Part shown: positions 35,142 to 46,679 of the stretch, piece after piece | Position numbering within the stretch: position 1 is the stretch's first letter | How the letters are laid out: each line of letters opens with the position of its first letter | Source of the DNA: Mytilus edulis | Taxonomy: Eukaryota | NCBI RefSeq assembly: GCF_963676685.1 | Contig: NC_092348.1 | Span: forward strand, 74,586,001-74,650,000 | Direction of reading: 5' to 3' | DNA length: 64,000 nucleotides | Translations under genes and position numbers: made by a program | The notes under the pieces: generated by a model | Databases searched by the model: none | What the model was told of the DNA's origin: nothing | The model's input: the letters and a program-made list of their open reading frames with translations, nothing else

Positions 35142-36310
35142 TTAAACACGTGAAAATCGCATGTTTAATATTTTCCTTAAAATATCGGAAAAGTTCTCCC
35201 TATTGAACGAAAGTCCGAGTGAATTTAAAACAGACCCTGGGACGTTCTTTAAATGAATGAATATCTCTTCAGATGTGAAATGGCTGCATTCCCTTATCAT
35301 TTTATTTAATTGATATCTTTGATCAAAAATTTCCTCGGCAGCATTAAACACATCTAATTCGGCAAATCCAGGATTTAAAACAAATTGAAAGTCTGCATAA
35401 TCCATAAAAATAATTAAAATTGGTGAGGGAATTTTACAAAAAAAATCTCTCATTTGAATATCACATTTTGTTGTTAATTTATTATAAATACATGCAACAG
35501 ATAAAGTTCTTAATGAAGGTGGAGCTGACCGCTTTCGTTTTTCACTCAGTGTCTTTTTTTCTACTTCTTCTCCCATTGTCCTTTTTCTGTTCTGATTGGC
35601 TAAAAGAAATAAATAAGATACATAAACTCTAGTAAAATAGTTTTCACATCATAAATCTACAGATACATGCATGAAAACAAATGAACAAAGTGCGACACCT
35701 GTATTAAGAAATTGGATTTCATAATGGAGATTTCTAAAATAAATGAAAAGGATGAATTGAGTAGTGCAAATGTGGAAGAATATTCACTTAAAATGACAGA
35801 TGAGCATGATTACAATTTTATCAATATGGATACAGCTGAAATCAGTGACCAGTTTCCACAACTGCACTGGCTTGGTGCAAAGATGAAAATTGTCGGATTG
35901 TTATTCTGTTCGATAACTCTAGCAGTTATATTAATAAATGGGCCATTAAACAGTGAAAATGATCCTCCATTCATATCTGATGATGTTAAACGAAACAGTA
36001 GCGGAAACGATTTATTTTGTAATAAAATGGACACTTTTGCTTTATCTGAAGATATTTTTGTAAATACATGTATATTGAATAGTGAACTGTTTGTATTATT
36101 GAGAAATGATCCTCTTAGAAATGAAATCGCTTTAAATCAAAGGCAATGGTTTTATCTTAAAGCGAGTATTTCACATATTGATAAATCAATCTTTGATTGG
36201 AAAAATGTTGCTAAGTTATAAATGATTTCTATCCTAACTATTGTATATAAGAACATATTAGAAACAGAATAAAAATTTGATCACTTACTGGTGTTATCTT
36301 CACTCGCCAT
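35142..36310 (-). CDS. SOCS-box-like protein, duplicate copy (exons 36310-36289, 35599-35142)
   Basis: Same as 25159-26327. Confidence 0.6.
35724..36221 (+). CDS. Membrane-anchored or secreted PC4-fold protein, intact copy (165 aa)
   Basis: ATG 35724; hydrophobic segment then PC4-like domain; AATAAA at 36268-36273. Confidence 0.7.
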   Translation: MEISKINEKDELSSANVEEYSLKMTDEHDYNFINMDTAEISDQFPQLHWLGAKMKIVGLLFCSITLAVILINGPLNSENDPPFISDDVKRNSSGNDLFCNKMDTFALSEDIFVNTCILNSELFVLLRNDPLRNEIALNQRQWFYLKASISHIDKSIFDWKNVAKL

Positions 36311-36532
36311 CTTCAACTGCTTCAGAAAGTATGAATCCAGCTCCAGCTGTTTTCTTTTTCTTCTTTAGCCCCTTGAACGGGCCAGATTCTGCTGCAACAA
36401 TCACCTTTCTGACGTCCGACTCTGACACTCCCGCCTCCTCATCGCTATCGCTGATAGCAATCACCTTTCTCTAAAATAAGAATATCATAATATAGAAAAT
36501 CATCTTAAAATTTTAAAGTTATTTCAATGTTT

Positions 36533-36564
<32 letters not shown>

Positions 36565-36710
36565 CTTTTTATGGTACATTTAATTGGATAATTACTTTAA
36601 ATTCATAAACTTGAAAATTATAACTACTTATTTTGATTTACATAGAAAAAAAAAAACAAAAGTTGTTTTACCTTTCTTTTCAAAGTAACTTTTTTTACTT
36701 CTTCTTCTTC

Positions 36711-36742
<32 letters not shown>

Positions 36743-37670
36743 CTTCTTCTTCCTCTTCAACAACTATAACCTTCTTTTTCCTGCTAGGTTTTTGCAGCTA
36801 AAAAAATTAATATATAATAAAAACAATTGAACGTGTAAGAAATCATATAAATCAACGTTTGCTGTGGGAAAGAAATTCGTATTTATTAGCGGTTGAGAAA
36901 TTTACCTAGAAACAAAAATGTTGAAATATCTGCAACTGAACGTTTATCAAAACATTTTTTACTTGCTATCAATAACTTTGAAAATTAATACTAACAGTGG
37001 TGAAATCAACCCAGAAACAAGTGAAATATCTGCAGCTGAACGCAAGCCGCTTGTAAATACTCTCTATCAATAACTTACTTTTAACTAAAACGTTTGTTGT
37101 ATATTAAACCTATAAAGTATATATTTATGTTCAATTATTTGCTGTTGAAGGATAATTAGAACGTTTATCATATAGTTTTTACTCGCTTTCAATAACTTTG
37201 AAAATTATGTGTACTTACTAGCAGTAGTGAAATTTACGAAAAAACATATAAGGTGAAACATCTGCAGCTGGTGCTTTTATTAAACACTCGCAATATCTTA
37301 CTTTAAAATAATTTTGTAGATCGCTCCTATTTCTTAGAGAATAAAATATATATCACGCTCAACTATTTGCTGCTGAACGATAATAATTTAGCTATATGTT
37401 CATGTAAATATTTACTGCTAAATATTAGAAATCACTAACCTGTTTTTTTATTTCTGCCTCAGCTTTTAAAAGAACTGGCTTCAGATTGCATAGCTCTTTA
37501 AACTCATCAGTCCCAAGAGTTATGCTTCTGCTACTTGTTAAACTGCCTATGTGGATATAAACATATCCCTTGTACGGTGTAACCGCAATGTTCTTCTTTC
37601 TTCCAAAATTCAACTCAGCCCGCTCTACTTCTCCACCAAATCCCCTCATGTACTCAACCTGGTTCATCAT
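36300..37670 (-). CDS. 3-exon PC4-like/SIM protein, duplicate copy (37670-37440, 36797-36672, 36470-36300)
   Basis: Same as 26317-27688. Confidence 0.75.
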
Positions 37671-40018
37671 TTTTATCGCTTTATGATAGAATTGAGTGTA
37701 CCGCGTTAATAAAGGAATAAAGCTTCCGTTTCATTAAATTATGAATAATAGTTTCCAACACTTATTTACTCCTAAAGGCTCGCCAACCTTCCATTATCCA
37801 TGTTACACCATTTTATTAATTCATATGTAATTTCAGTGTAGATCTGTCCCGATCGCGATTTTTCATGTCAGATTGATCTCCAATATTGCGGCAGTATTTG
37901 GATAATACACCTTCTGTTTACATTAAATCTTAGTTCATCAGTTTAAATATAAAGTGTTTATCACCTTTCAAATTTGAAAAGTGATCATTACTCAATAAAT
38001 TTTGATTGTTTTTATTTAAGATCAATTATATATTATAGATTTGTTCGAACCGGATTTTGATGGTTATTTTTTACATCTCATTACTATTTTTTCTCTCTAT
38101 ATATAATTTTTCCTTCATTAAAACAAAACCTATTTTCTTTTCTTTTCTTTGGATCATATTTTCAATGGTAAATCGAGTTGGATTTTGACGATTATTTTTA
38201 CATCTCATTACTATCTCCTTTTTTTTTCTCTCTCTCTCTCGCTCTAATTTTTTTCATCGTTAAAACACCTTTTTTCTTTTCTTTGGATCATAGTTTCAAT
38301 GGTGAATCCTATCTCCTTTTTCTCTCTCTCTATTTTTTCCTTCGTTAGAACATAAGCGACTTTTTTCTTTTCTTTGGATCATCTTTTCTTTGGATCATAT
38401 TTTCAATGGTGGATCATATCTCCTTTTTCTCTCTCTCTCTATTTTTCCCCCTACATGCTACTTTTTTCTTTTCTTTTCTTTGGATCGTAGTTAATTGTTT
38501 TGCTCATGACTTTTTTGCAGCTAGCTAATTTTTCCCATGTGTAAATATTTCATTTGATAAGATTTGAGATTGAAGCTTGTGGATTACCATCTTTTATAAT
38601 TAATAGTTGATAAAAATGTTTTAAGCAAAGTTTTTGTTTTGCAAATTTCTAGATATGCTCTTTTCTTTTCTTTGGATCATTGTAAATGGTGAATCTTGTT
38701 TTGTTCATGACTTTTTTTTCAGCTAGCTTCTTTTTTCCTGTGTAAATATTTCATTTTCTTGACAAGATTTGAGATTGAAGCTTGTGGTTTGACCTCTTTG
38801 AAGAGTTGTCTCATCAGCAATTAAACCATATTTCTTTTATAATTAATAAATTTAAAGTAGATAAAAATTAATTAAGCAAAGTTTTTGTTTGCAAATTTCT
38901 AGATGATATACAAATGGTGTCAACTGGTAATCATCCACATTGATTGGGGTAGCAATGCAGTGGGAAAAGTTTAAGAAAAGTCTAATTTATTAACACATAT
39001 CAAATACAAATACTTTATTCCATGAAACAACATAGTAAGTTTCAAAACAAATCAAGTTTTCTGCACTATTTATATAACAATTGTAAATAATATAAACAAG
39101 AGAACTATCAAATGAAATTTGGTTATAAAAAACTTACATCATTTGTAATGCACCATTTTTTTCACATAAAACATGTTATAGAAAGCACCATGACAGCGGT
39201 TACAAATCAAGAATTTTTATATATTTATCTCTAGGTTTAACTTAATCATATAGCACTATAAAAAGTAATAAAAACAAAAGAAAAAAAGTTTAAGCAAACA
39301 CAATATGATAAAATATGCGATAATATGTTGTAATTAAATTTGGATGCTGTAAATTCTCATATGAAAAAATTCCAAAGATGAAAATGATGATAAAGTAAAC
39401 ATAAAAACAAAAAGTTCTCCAAACATTATATACATATATATATTATTTACATATATACAATAATACCAATCATATTTGTTTTTTAATTTAATTTATTTCT
39501 ATTACAAAACTAAACATATGTAAATGGAAAACTAAAAAGAATAATTTAATGAAAGGAATAGATTAATAATGAACTTTAATACCAGAGAAAGTAGATTATT
39601 TAATGAAAAGAATAGATTTATAATGAAATTTATGGTTTGAATGAGCATGAAACATATAAACTAAGGTGAATTTATAAAAACAAACTACATGTATACTACT
39701 ATTTACAATATAATAAAATGAGAGTAGAGAAATGCGAGTATAATCAAAATCTTTTCTTTAATTAAAATAAAGTGTAACTAATCCAAATAAATCAAATGAA
39801 AGAAAATTGAAAAGTTTTGGTGATATAATTTTTCATAATATAAGTAGATTTGTAGAATACATCCTCATCAGTGATTATTAAAATTTAGATAACAGTGTAT
39901 AAATAAGTTTATAAAATTTAGAAAAAAGATTATAAAATTTAGAAAAAAAAAAATAAAAAAAATATAAAATTTAGAAAAAAAATTTAAAAAATTTCATAAA
40001 ATTTAAAAGTTTAGAAAA

Positions 40019-40185
40019 TTAATCATAGGTTAGTCTCTGTGGCCGAATAGATATCCTGTTTGATCTTCTCAATATTCTTGGTGGTTGTTGTTGTGCTGGG
40101 GCTACTCGTCTGTTATTTTCACGTGGTGGAAAAAAATAATTTATAATTTCTTGAAGCCTTTCATAAATTGCGATGAGGATATATT
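40019..40185 (-). CDS. Alternative terminal exon (4b) of the type I membrane protein
   Basis: Acceptor ctttttaatttgtag; only the phase-1 frame is open, matching the exon-3 donor, giving EYILIAIYERLQEIINYFFPPRENNRRVAPAQQQPPRILRRSNRISIRPQRLTYD*. Confidence 0.6.
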
Positions 40186-40226
40186 CTACAAATTAAAAAG
40201 TAGTAAATACAGAGATAGATATTAAC

Positions 40227-41568
40227 TTAAACAGTTTTTTTTGGTGTATTAACAAAATCTGCAATTTCTATTTCGGATAGTGAATCTGCATCGACATTGA
40301 AGGAGAATTGGTGTTGGCGGAAATTGGTTTTTGCAGTTCTCTTCTTTTTGCAGATGCAAAATAACATCAGCGACAAGAGCATAACACATGCTAGAGATGC
40401 TGTAAAGATAAATTTGAATATGTCACTTACTTTAAAAATTATAAAATATATTGATATATATAAATAGATTAGACCATTGGTTTTTCTGTTTGAATTGTCT
40501 TTATAGCTTACTGTTTGGTGTGAGCTTTTGCTCTGTGTTGAAGGTCATACTTTGATCTATAATACATTGGCACTCATACCGCATCTTTTTCTTATTTATA
40601 AATAAGTGTTTTTATTAGAACATGTATATATTTTTATTTTATTTATTTATTTTATTTTTATATTGTTTGTCAATCAAATAAATAAATTAAATTTAGATAC
40701 TTACCAAAAATCATTATAAGAATGATCTTAATATTATCTAGACCCTTGTCTTCCTCCTGTGCATGTGGTGTTGACTTCTGAAATAAAGAAATAAAATCAT
40801 GTATTTCATGAAAATGTTGATATTAAAAAATCTTATCCTTCACATTTTAATTTGTTTTTAAGCACTATACTATAGAGAATACAAATTGACTCGTTCATGT
40901 ACATGTATTTCCTAATAAAAATAGAAAACAAAACGGACGTTTTAATTAAAAAAATATCAGATAAATGCTTACCAGTTGTTTATCAGTGGTGCCGATTGAC
41001 AATGTGGATCCTGGTGTTACTCTTGTTGCTGCTGTTGTTGTTGTAGAAGCTATGACTCCATTCTGTAAAAAAAAAATATACATAATGTAAGAAATGTTTT
41101 ACACAATAAAATTAATAAATAATATATAAGATCTGCTCATAGTTTAGGTTGTTTCTAGTCACTTTACATATAGAGACAATACTACGTGATTACTTTAAAG
41201 CTCTTATTATTCTGTTATTCTTTTCTAATTTCCTATATACTTACATCACAATGTATACCATTAACAATTGTTATTGTTTCTGGTGCTGCTAAAACATTGC
41301 TGCATTTAGAATTTCCTTGTTTGATCTCAATTGAATGCAGGTCTCTATTATTTGCAAGGTCCAATTGTCCGGCAACAAAAAATCTTTCGAATACGACTTT
41401 CTTTACATCTAGTCGGATTCTGGTGTTGTAGAGCCCTGCTCCAGTCCATCTGCAATGGAGAGTATCCCCCTCCACTGTGCATACATCTCTCAATTCATGC
41501 GAGCATGAAACAGCTGACATTGTGAAACAAATGATGATGAATATAAACATGGTGTTGATGGGTGACAT
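40227..41568 (-). CDS. Type I membrane protein, duplicate copy (41568-41245, 41062-40973, 40777-40705, 40399-40227)
   Basis: Same as 30245-31586. Confidence 0.8.
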
Positions 41569-41760
41569 TTTGCAAATATTTTGAGGAATTAAATACCCGG
41601 ATGAGAAATAAAAACAATAGTCTAATTAGGGAATAAATTAGGGGTAATTAATTCCGTGATATATGGTTGGGATAAGAGTGGTAGATGGATAAGGTTTAAT
41701 TAATGTTTGAGTATGGATTGTTTTAATAAATAATAATAATAGTTTTTACAATATACGCTA

Positions 41761-41772
41761 GGGTTAGGGTTA
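41761..41772 (+). repeat. (GGGTTA)2 telomeric-type repeat inside the right end (also 31779-31790)
   Basis: ctagggttagggttaattaat, the mirror of the left aattaaccctaaccc tract. Confidence 0.75.
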
Positions 41773-42151
41773 ATTAATATATTTTCAATTCTTATTCATT
41801 TTTTGTTACAAATGAAACTTAAAAGTTTTATAAAATTTCTTCTCTCAACGCGAAGTCATTTAATCTTCTATTTTTTCAGTTTTACTTTTAACTTCTTTAT
41901 CCAAAATATTAACAATTTAAATTGTCTATATGTTAAATGCGATGGAAAATAAATCAAAACATTCTTTTATAAGTGAAAAAACAAAATTTTCATTTAATAT
42001 TATACAACAGTTATATTATGTAATTTTCTTGACGTCTGCAAAATGCAACGTGTGAAAAAATCAAAACAGTCTTTTATATTTCTACAAATTTTAAAATCCA
42101 ATATTTTGATATTATTCAACAAATATATTATACAATTTTGCTAGCGGGAAC

Positions 42152-42206
42152 AAATTTTTGTCAACGTGGCAAAAATATTTGCTGCTGCCACACAATATAT
42201 ACTACT
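42152..42206 (-). repeat. Right TIR (55 bp perfect)
   Basis: Ends in atatactact, followed by TSD attttt. Confidence 0.95.
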
Positions 42207-45200
42207 ATTTTTTTAATTTTTAGCGCATTATAGTACAAAACAATTTTAATCATTAATTTGGTAGCATTCACTAAAGTAATTATAAGATGTTCACCTTATT
42301 CGCATAACTGGTTTTTTTTTTACCCTGACGTTATATTAAAAGAAAACCTTTTTTCAATAGCACAAATACAAGGACTAAAGCGAAAATCGATACTAGTTGC
42401 TTAATTTTAATACTCATGGTATTTTTGATAAAGAAAGACGATGATCGAAATCAGTACTTATGGAAATAAACATTGTTATTCATTTATATTATTACATAAT
42501 CTTCAAATTTATTTCTGATTTAGCCTGTCAGGCTGCTTAGTGACTATGCAAAGCAACAATTTTACGATGTAACGAAAGTAAACACGAAGTCAATATCAAC
42601 ACTACGCCAGAAAACGAAGCAATACTAAAAAATGGGAATTTATATCATATTAAAAGTTAGACAAAATTGAGAACCATGCATACATGAACATATCATATGA
42701 CAAACTTTCAGTAAAATTTTAAAATATAGATGAAATCAAAATAAGAACACGCGCTCTGTCGTATATTAAAGAAATCTATTTGCGTGTACATATTCAAAGT
42801 TTGATCACATAACTGCAATCGTTTCAACCATTTTCTCAACGTCAAACACTTTTAACTTTCCTAAATGTAATTTTGTCTACTTTACCGTTCAATGGGCGAT
42901 AAATCAAATCTTTAAAACTACCTCTGCTCAACGCTTTAAAATTTAATGACTACAGATTGTGTGCATGTATTTCCCCTTATTATGAATAAAGAAAACGTTG
43001 GGATAAATGTCATATGACAGCAACCCGACGACACAAAAGATCAAATAACTTCTAGGGGTCAAGACAAGGTCTTAAATAGGTGTCTACACAACATATCAAG
43101 CTTTGAATCCCCGATAGTTTAAAACAAAATCATGAAGAAGGTTAACACAGACTATCACAGACTTGGAATAACAAAAATACTTGAATATAAATAAAGCACA
43201 AAGCTATAGCAAAAGACAACAACTGGCGAACTTCCTGACTTATGACCAAATAAACACATCTAGGATCATCTAGAGGTGAACATACATACATGCAGTCGTC
43301 ATACTGACGGACTTTAAAAACGCAACACTAGGTTATTCTTTTTTATTATTAAAATAAATATATTAACATCAATTTCATTCAAAAAAGTTTGCAGTTTGAC
43401 GTTATTCTTAATGTTTAAATCATATGGTATGCACTGAAACCCTGGTTTTCCCCTTATCAGTAGATGGGTCGCCGTCAAAGCCAATGACTGCCTATAACCA
43501 ACACCATGCAAAATGATTACCAGAAAGGTCAACCAAGTCTTTTTGGCATGTTTTGAGTTCTGTTTTTTACTTTCTGTTTTTTCCTTTGTCCCAAGCATTA
43601 CAGTGCGTTTTAACAATAAAGCGGTTTAAACTTAAGGGCTTTAAATGTTTTTCTGCAGACGATTCTTTGGCATTTCAGTATATGGGAAACATTTTTGTCA
43701 TGAAACTGTCTGACATTGCATTCGGCGACTAGATTAGCAGTTAACGTTGCAGCCATAAACATGTCTCGCAAATGACGTTGCATTATCCAATTTTATTGAA
43801 GTGGCGTTGTCACTACATTTTGATCTGGTCATGGATGGTCCTCAACACATCCCGTCTACCTGTACCGTTGTTGTAAGGACAGTAACGACGAGTTTTTGGC
43901 GTGGAATTGTCTGGAAACAGTATGTTCTTGCCTGCAATATTCTGATGGTTTGATTCAGATTTTCATTGCTCAGTGGAGATGCAACATATTCTAAATGCTT
44001 CAAGTGTGGTGTGGGTGTGGGTGTGGATTGAATGAATTGTTTCACGAAAAAAAATCTGCTAAAAATCGAAAATGGGTTTCAAATTTCGCTTAAAGAAATT
44101 TGTGCGACATCAATAATCCGGTATGTTCAATAACCTCAATTAAGTCAGGTGTCGAATTTTTCTAAACATATAGAAGTATGATAAGCATGAATAGTAGTTC
44201 TATGATGATCAATCATGATTTGGTAAAAAAAAAATGTGTTGCGTTTCCGTCAGTTTAGCTTTGGTCTTTACAATATTTAACATTTCAAACTCTAAATACC
44301 CTATAGTCTACAAAAATTCGTAAATAAACAAACAAAGATTATCAAAGATCTGCAATTAATTATACCTCATTCTCGAAATATCAATAAAAATTAAGATATG
44401 ACATAAGACATAAGACATAAGACATAAGACAACCATTCATGGTGAGGTTCTGGGAAAATAGGTACTTTCCTTAAATTTACAAAAACAAATTATATGGAAG
44501 CCTTTACAAATATTTAGTTATTGTTGCAGTTATCGTTTGATAATATTTCTGTTACAATTGCAAGTAATTGAAATATTATATTAAACTTCGTCACGAATAT
44601 ACATGAAATATTTGCCACTAAACGTTGAACAATCAGTGGTCCGTAGGACAGCTTCAAACTAAAATGGGACATAAAAGGGGTAGTCAAACCGTCTATAACT
44701 ATAACTAGAGTATTTCTTCAACATGAAACCTGATAGAAATGTCTGTATGCCTTTTCTATTACTTGGCATCTTAAGTATTATAAGTCAATTGTCGCCCGTT
44801 ATTTGCTAATATTTTCACTTTCTCCACCGAGACTTCTGGACCAATTCGAACCGACTCGGCATGAATAAGTTAGGTGTGATATACCTTTGTACCCAAAACA
44901 GAAGTAAAAATCCCCATTTTGTGTAAATCGATTAAAAAAATATGGTCACCGAAGTCAATTTCTCCTCTGATTGGTCAATTTTATCTATCAAACTACGAAG
45001 CAAAATCTTTGAAACAAAATGATAATGTTTAGGAGACCCTCTACATGGATTTTTTTGTGTATTTGATTATATGATGTATATATATATACGTAGTACATAG
45101 TTTTTTTATTTTCCTTTAACGTGAAAAAAACCGCAAACAATAATACTTTTGTATGATATTTATAATGTTGATATACAAACTATATCATTTGGTTTTATAT

Positions 45201-46679
45201 TTTTAAAATGTACATGTAATAGGCTTTTAAGGAACTGATCTGAGAGGTGCCCACTAATCAAAAACTATCACCGGGCATTGCTAGACGAAATATTTTGGCG
45301 ATTTTAATAAAATTTGAATAACATTCATATTTTTTTTATCTTCATATTTATGGAAGGCTCGCATATCTCCCAATAAAATCCCCTCCTGTCTTTTGGTTAT
45401 ATTAGTATTTTTATAGTTCGCAAAATTATTAGAAAACAGGCCTGCGATTAAGAATAAAAATTCTTAAACATTTCAGTATGATTATGATCAATTTTAGTCA
45501 TAAGAATTGTTTATGAGACGCAGGCGAATTTCATTGTAGAGTTCAATTGTTATCCGTTATTTTTCGTTTCTTAATCTTTTATTCTTTTTCTATAGTTAAT
45601 ATATATCAATGTGCTTAGTAATAAATATCAATATTCAAAGAATTGTGACTGGAGACCTGAATATAAATACCCCGTAAAATTTATGAAGAGCTATCCATAT
45701 ATTCATCAATTGATCTCGATATATATTCATTTCTCTAACTAGCATTCAGTATGACTTTAGTAGCATGAAATCTTTTATGCCAGTCTGATACGTCTGTTCG
45801 GTGCGAGAAGCTTTTTCTATAAATAGCAGCCGTATGATAGTTAAACCTTTGACAGAAGATACTGGAATCAATACTCAGGATTTATCAGTTGGAATAAAAA
45901 TGGTTTCCATAACATTATGGCCGGCATTGTGATTGCAGCGTCTACTTTAGAAATTAAGGTATAGTTTTGTTTGTTTATCATACCGTCTTGGTTGCATGTA
46001 AAACTTAAAACTCCTCGCTTTCAATGTTTTGGATTTTCATTTCCAATTACATTATATCCCTATAAAATGGGTATAATTTGATTTCCATGTCTGAAACTAC
46101 TTAGAAATACGTTGTTAAGATGAGATTTGGCTTTTTTGTATTTGTTCTAGTGCAGTTAAAGATATTTGTGTGTATAATTGCAATGTTGGCTTTGCTACTG
46201 AATGTGTATTGTAAATGAAGAATATATTTCCACGATCAATGATCTAGAGATTAACAGTTCTACACACATAGTAATATTGATTGAAGTGTGTGCAGCATTG
46301 TCACAATCATCTCCAGGAATCGATGCTGTTATCTAATACACTATTGGTAATCATCGGGGATCTTAATGAGCAGACATTATAATAAGTGGTGATTTTAATA
46401 CAGATGTCTGACCGTCAATCAATAAGTAGAAGTCTGGAATTGTGAAGTTAGAATAAACAGATAATTGTTAAAATAATACTTAATGTAACAATATATGCAT
46501 GTGCTCATAAATAAAATCGTTATTTTACTAAAATACAAGACTTATTGGAAAGAAGTTTTCTTCAAATTAACATAATTTATAGATATTATAAGGGGATTTA
46601 TTTGTTATGCATTTGTCTATATTATTTAAAACCAAGTTTTCCTTTTCTTCCAGTGATGGTCTAATCCGACATAAAAAGA

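Larger units (their letters stand above)
32261..42142 (+). repeat. Near-identical duplicate of 22279-32160 (9,882 bp), probably an assembly artefact
   Basis: Offset about 9982; breakpoints coincide with the gap edges; only homopolymer indels noticed. Confidence 0.9.
14300..42206 (+). mobile_element. Endogenous Polinton/Maverick (adintovirus-like) DNA virus/transposon; true length about 17.9 kb after collapsing the assembly duplication
   Basis: AGTAGT...ACTACT termini, 55-bp perfect TIR, 6-bp TSD ATTTTT (14294-14299 and 42207-42212); encodes rve integrase, minor and major capsid, adenain-like protease, ATPase and pPolB. Confidence 0.97.

Noticed and set aside
32261-42142. Second independent Polinton or a long direct repeat (LTR-like)
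   Set aside because: It begins mid-gene exactly at the gap, copy 1 stops 64 bp short of the terminus, and there is only one TSD pair
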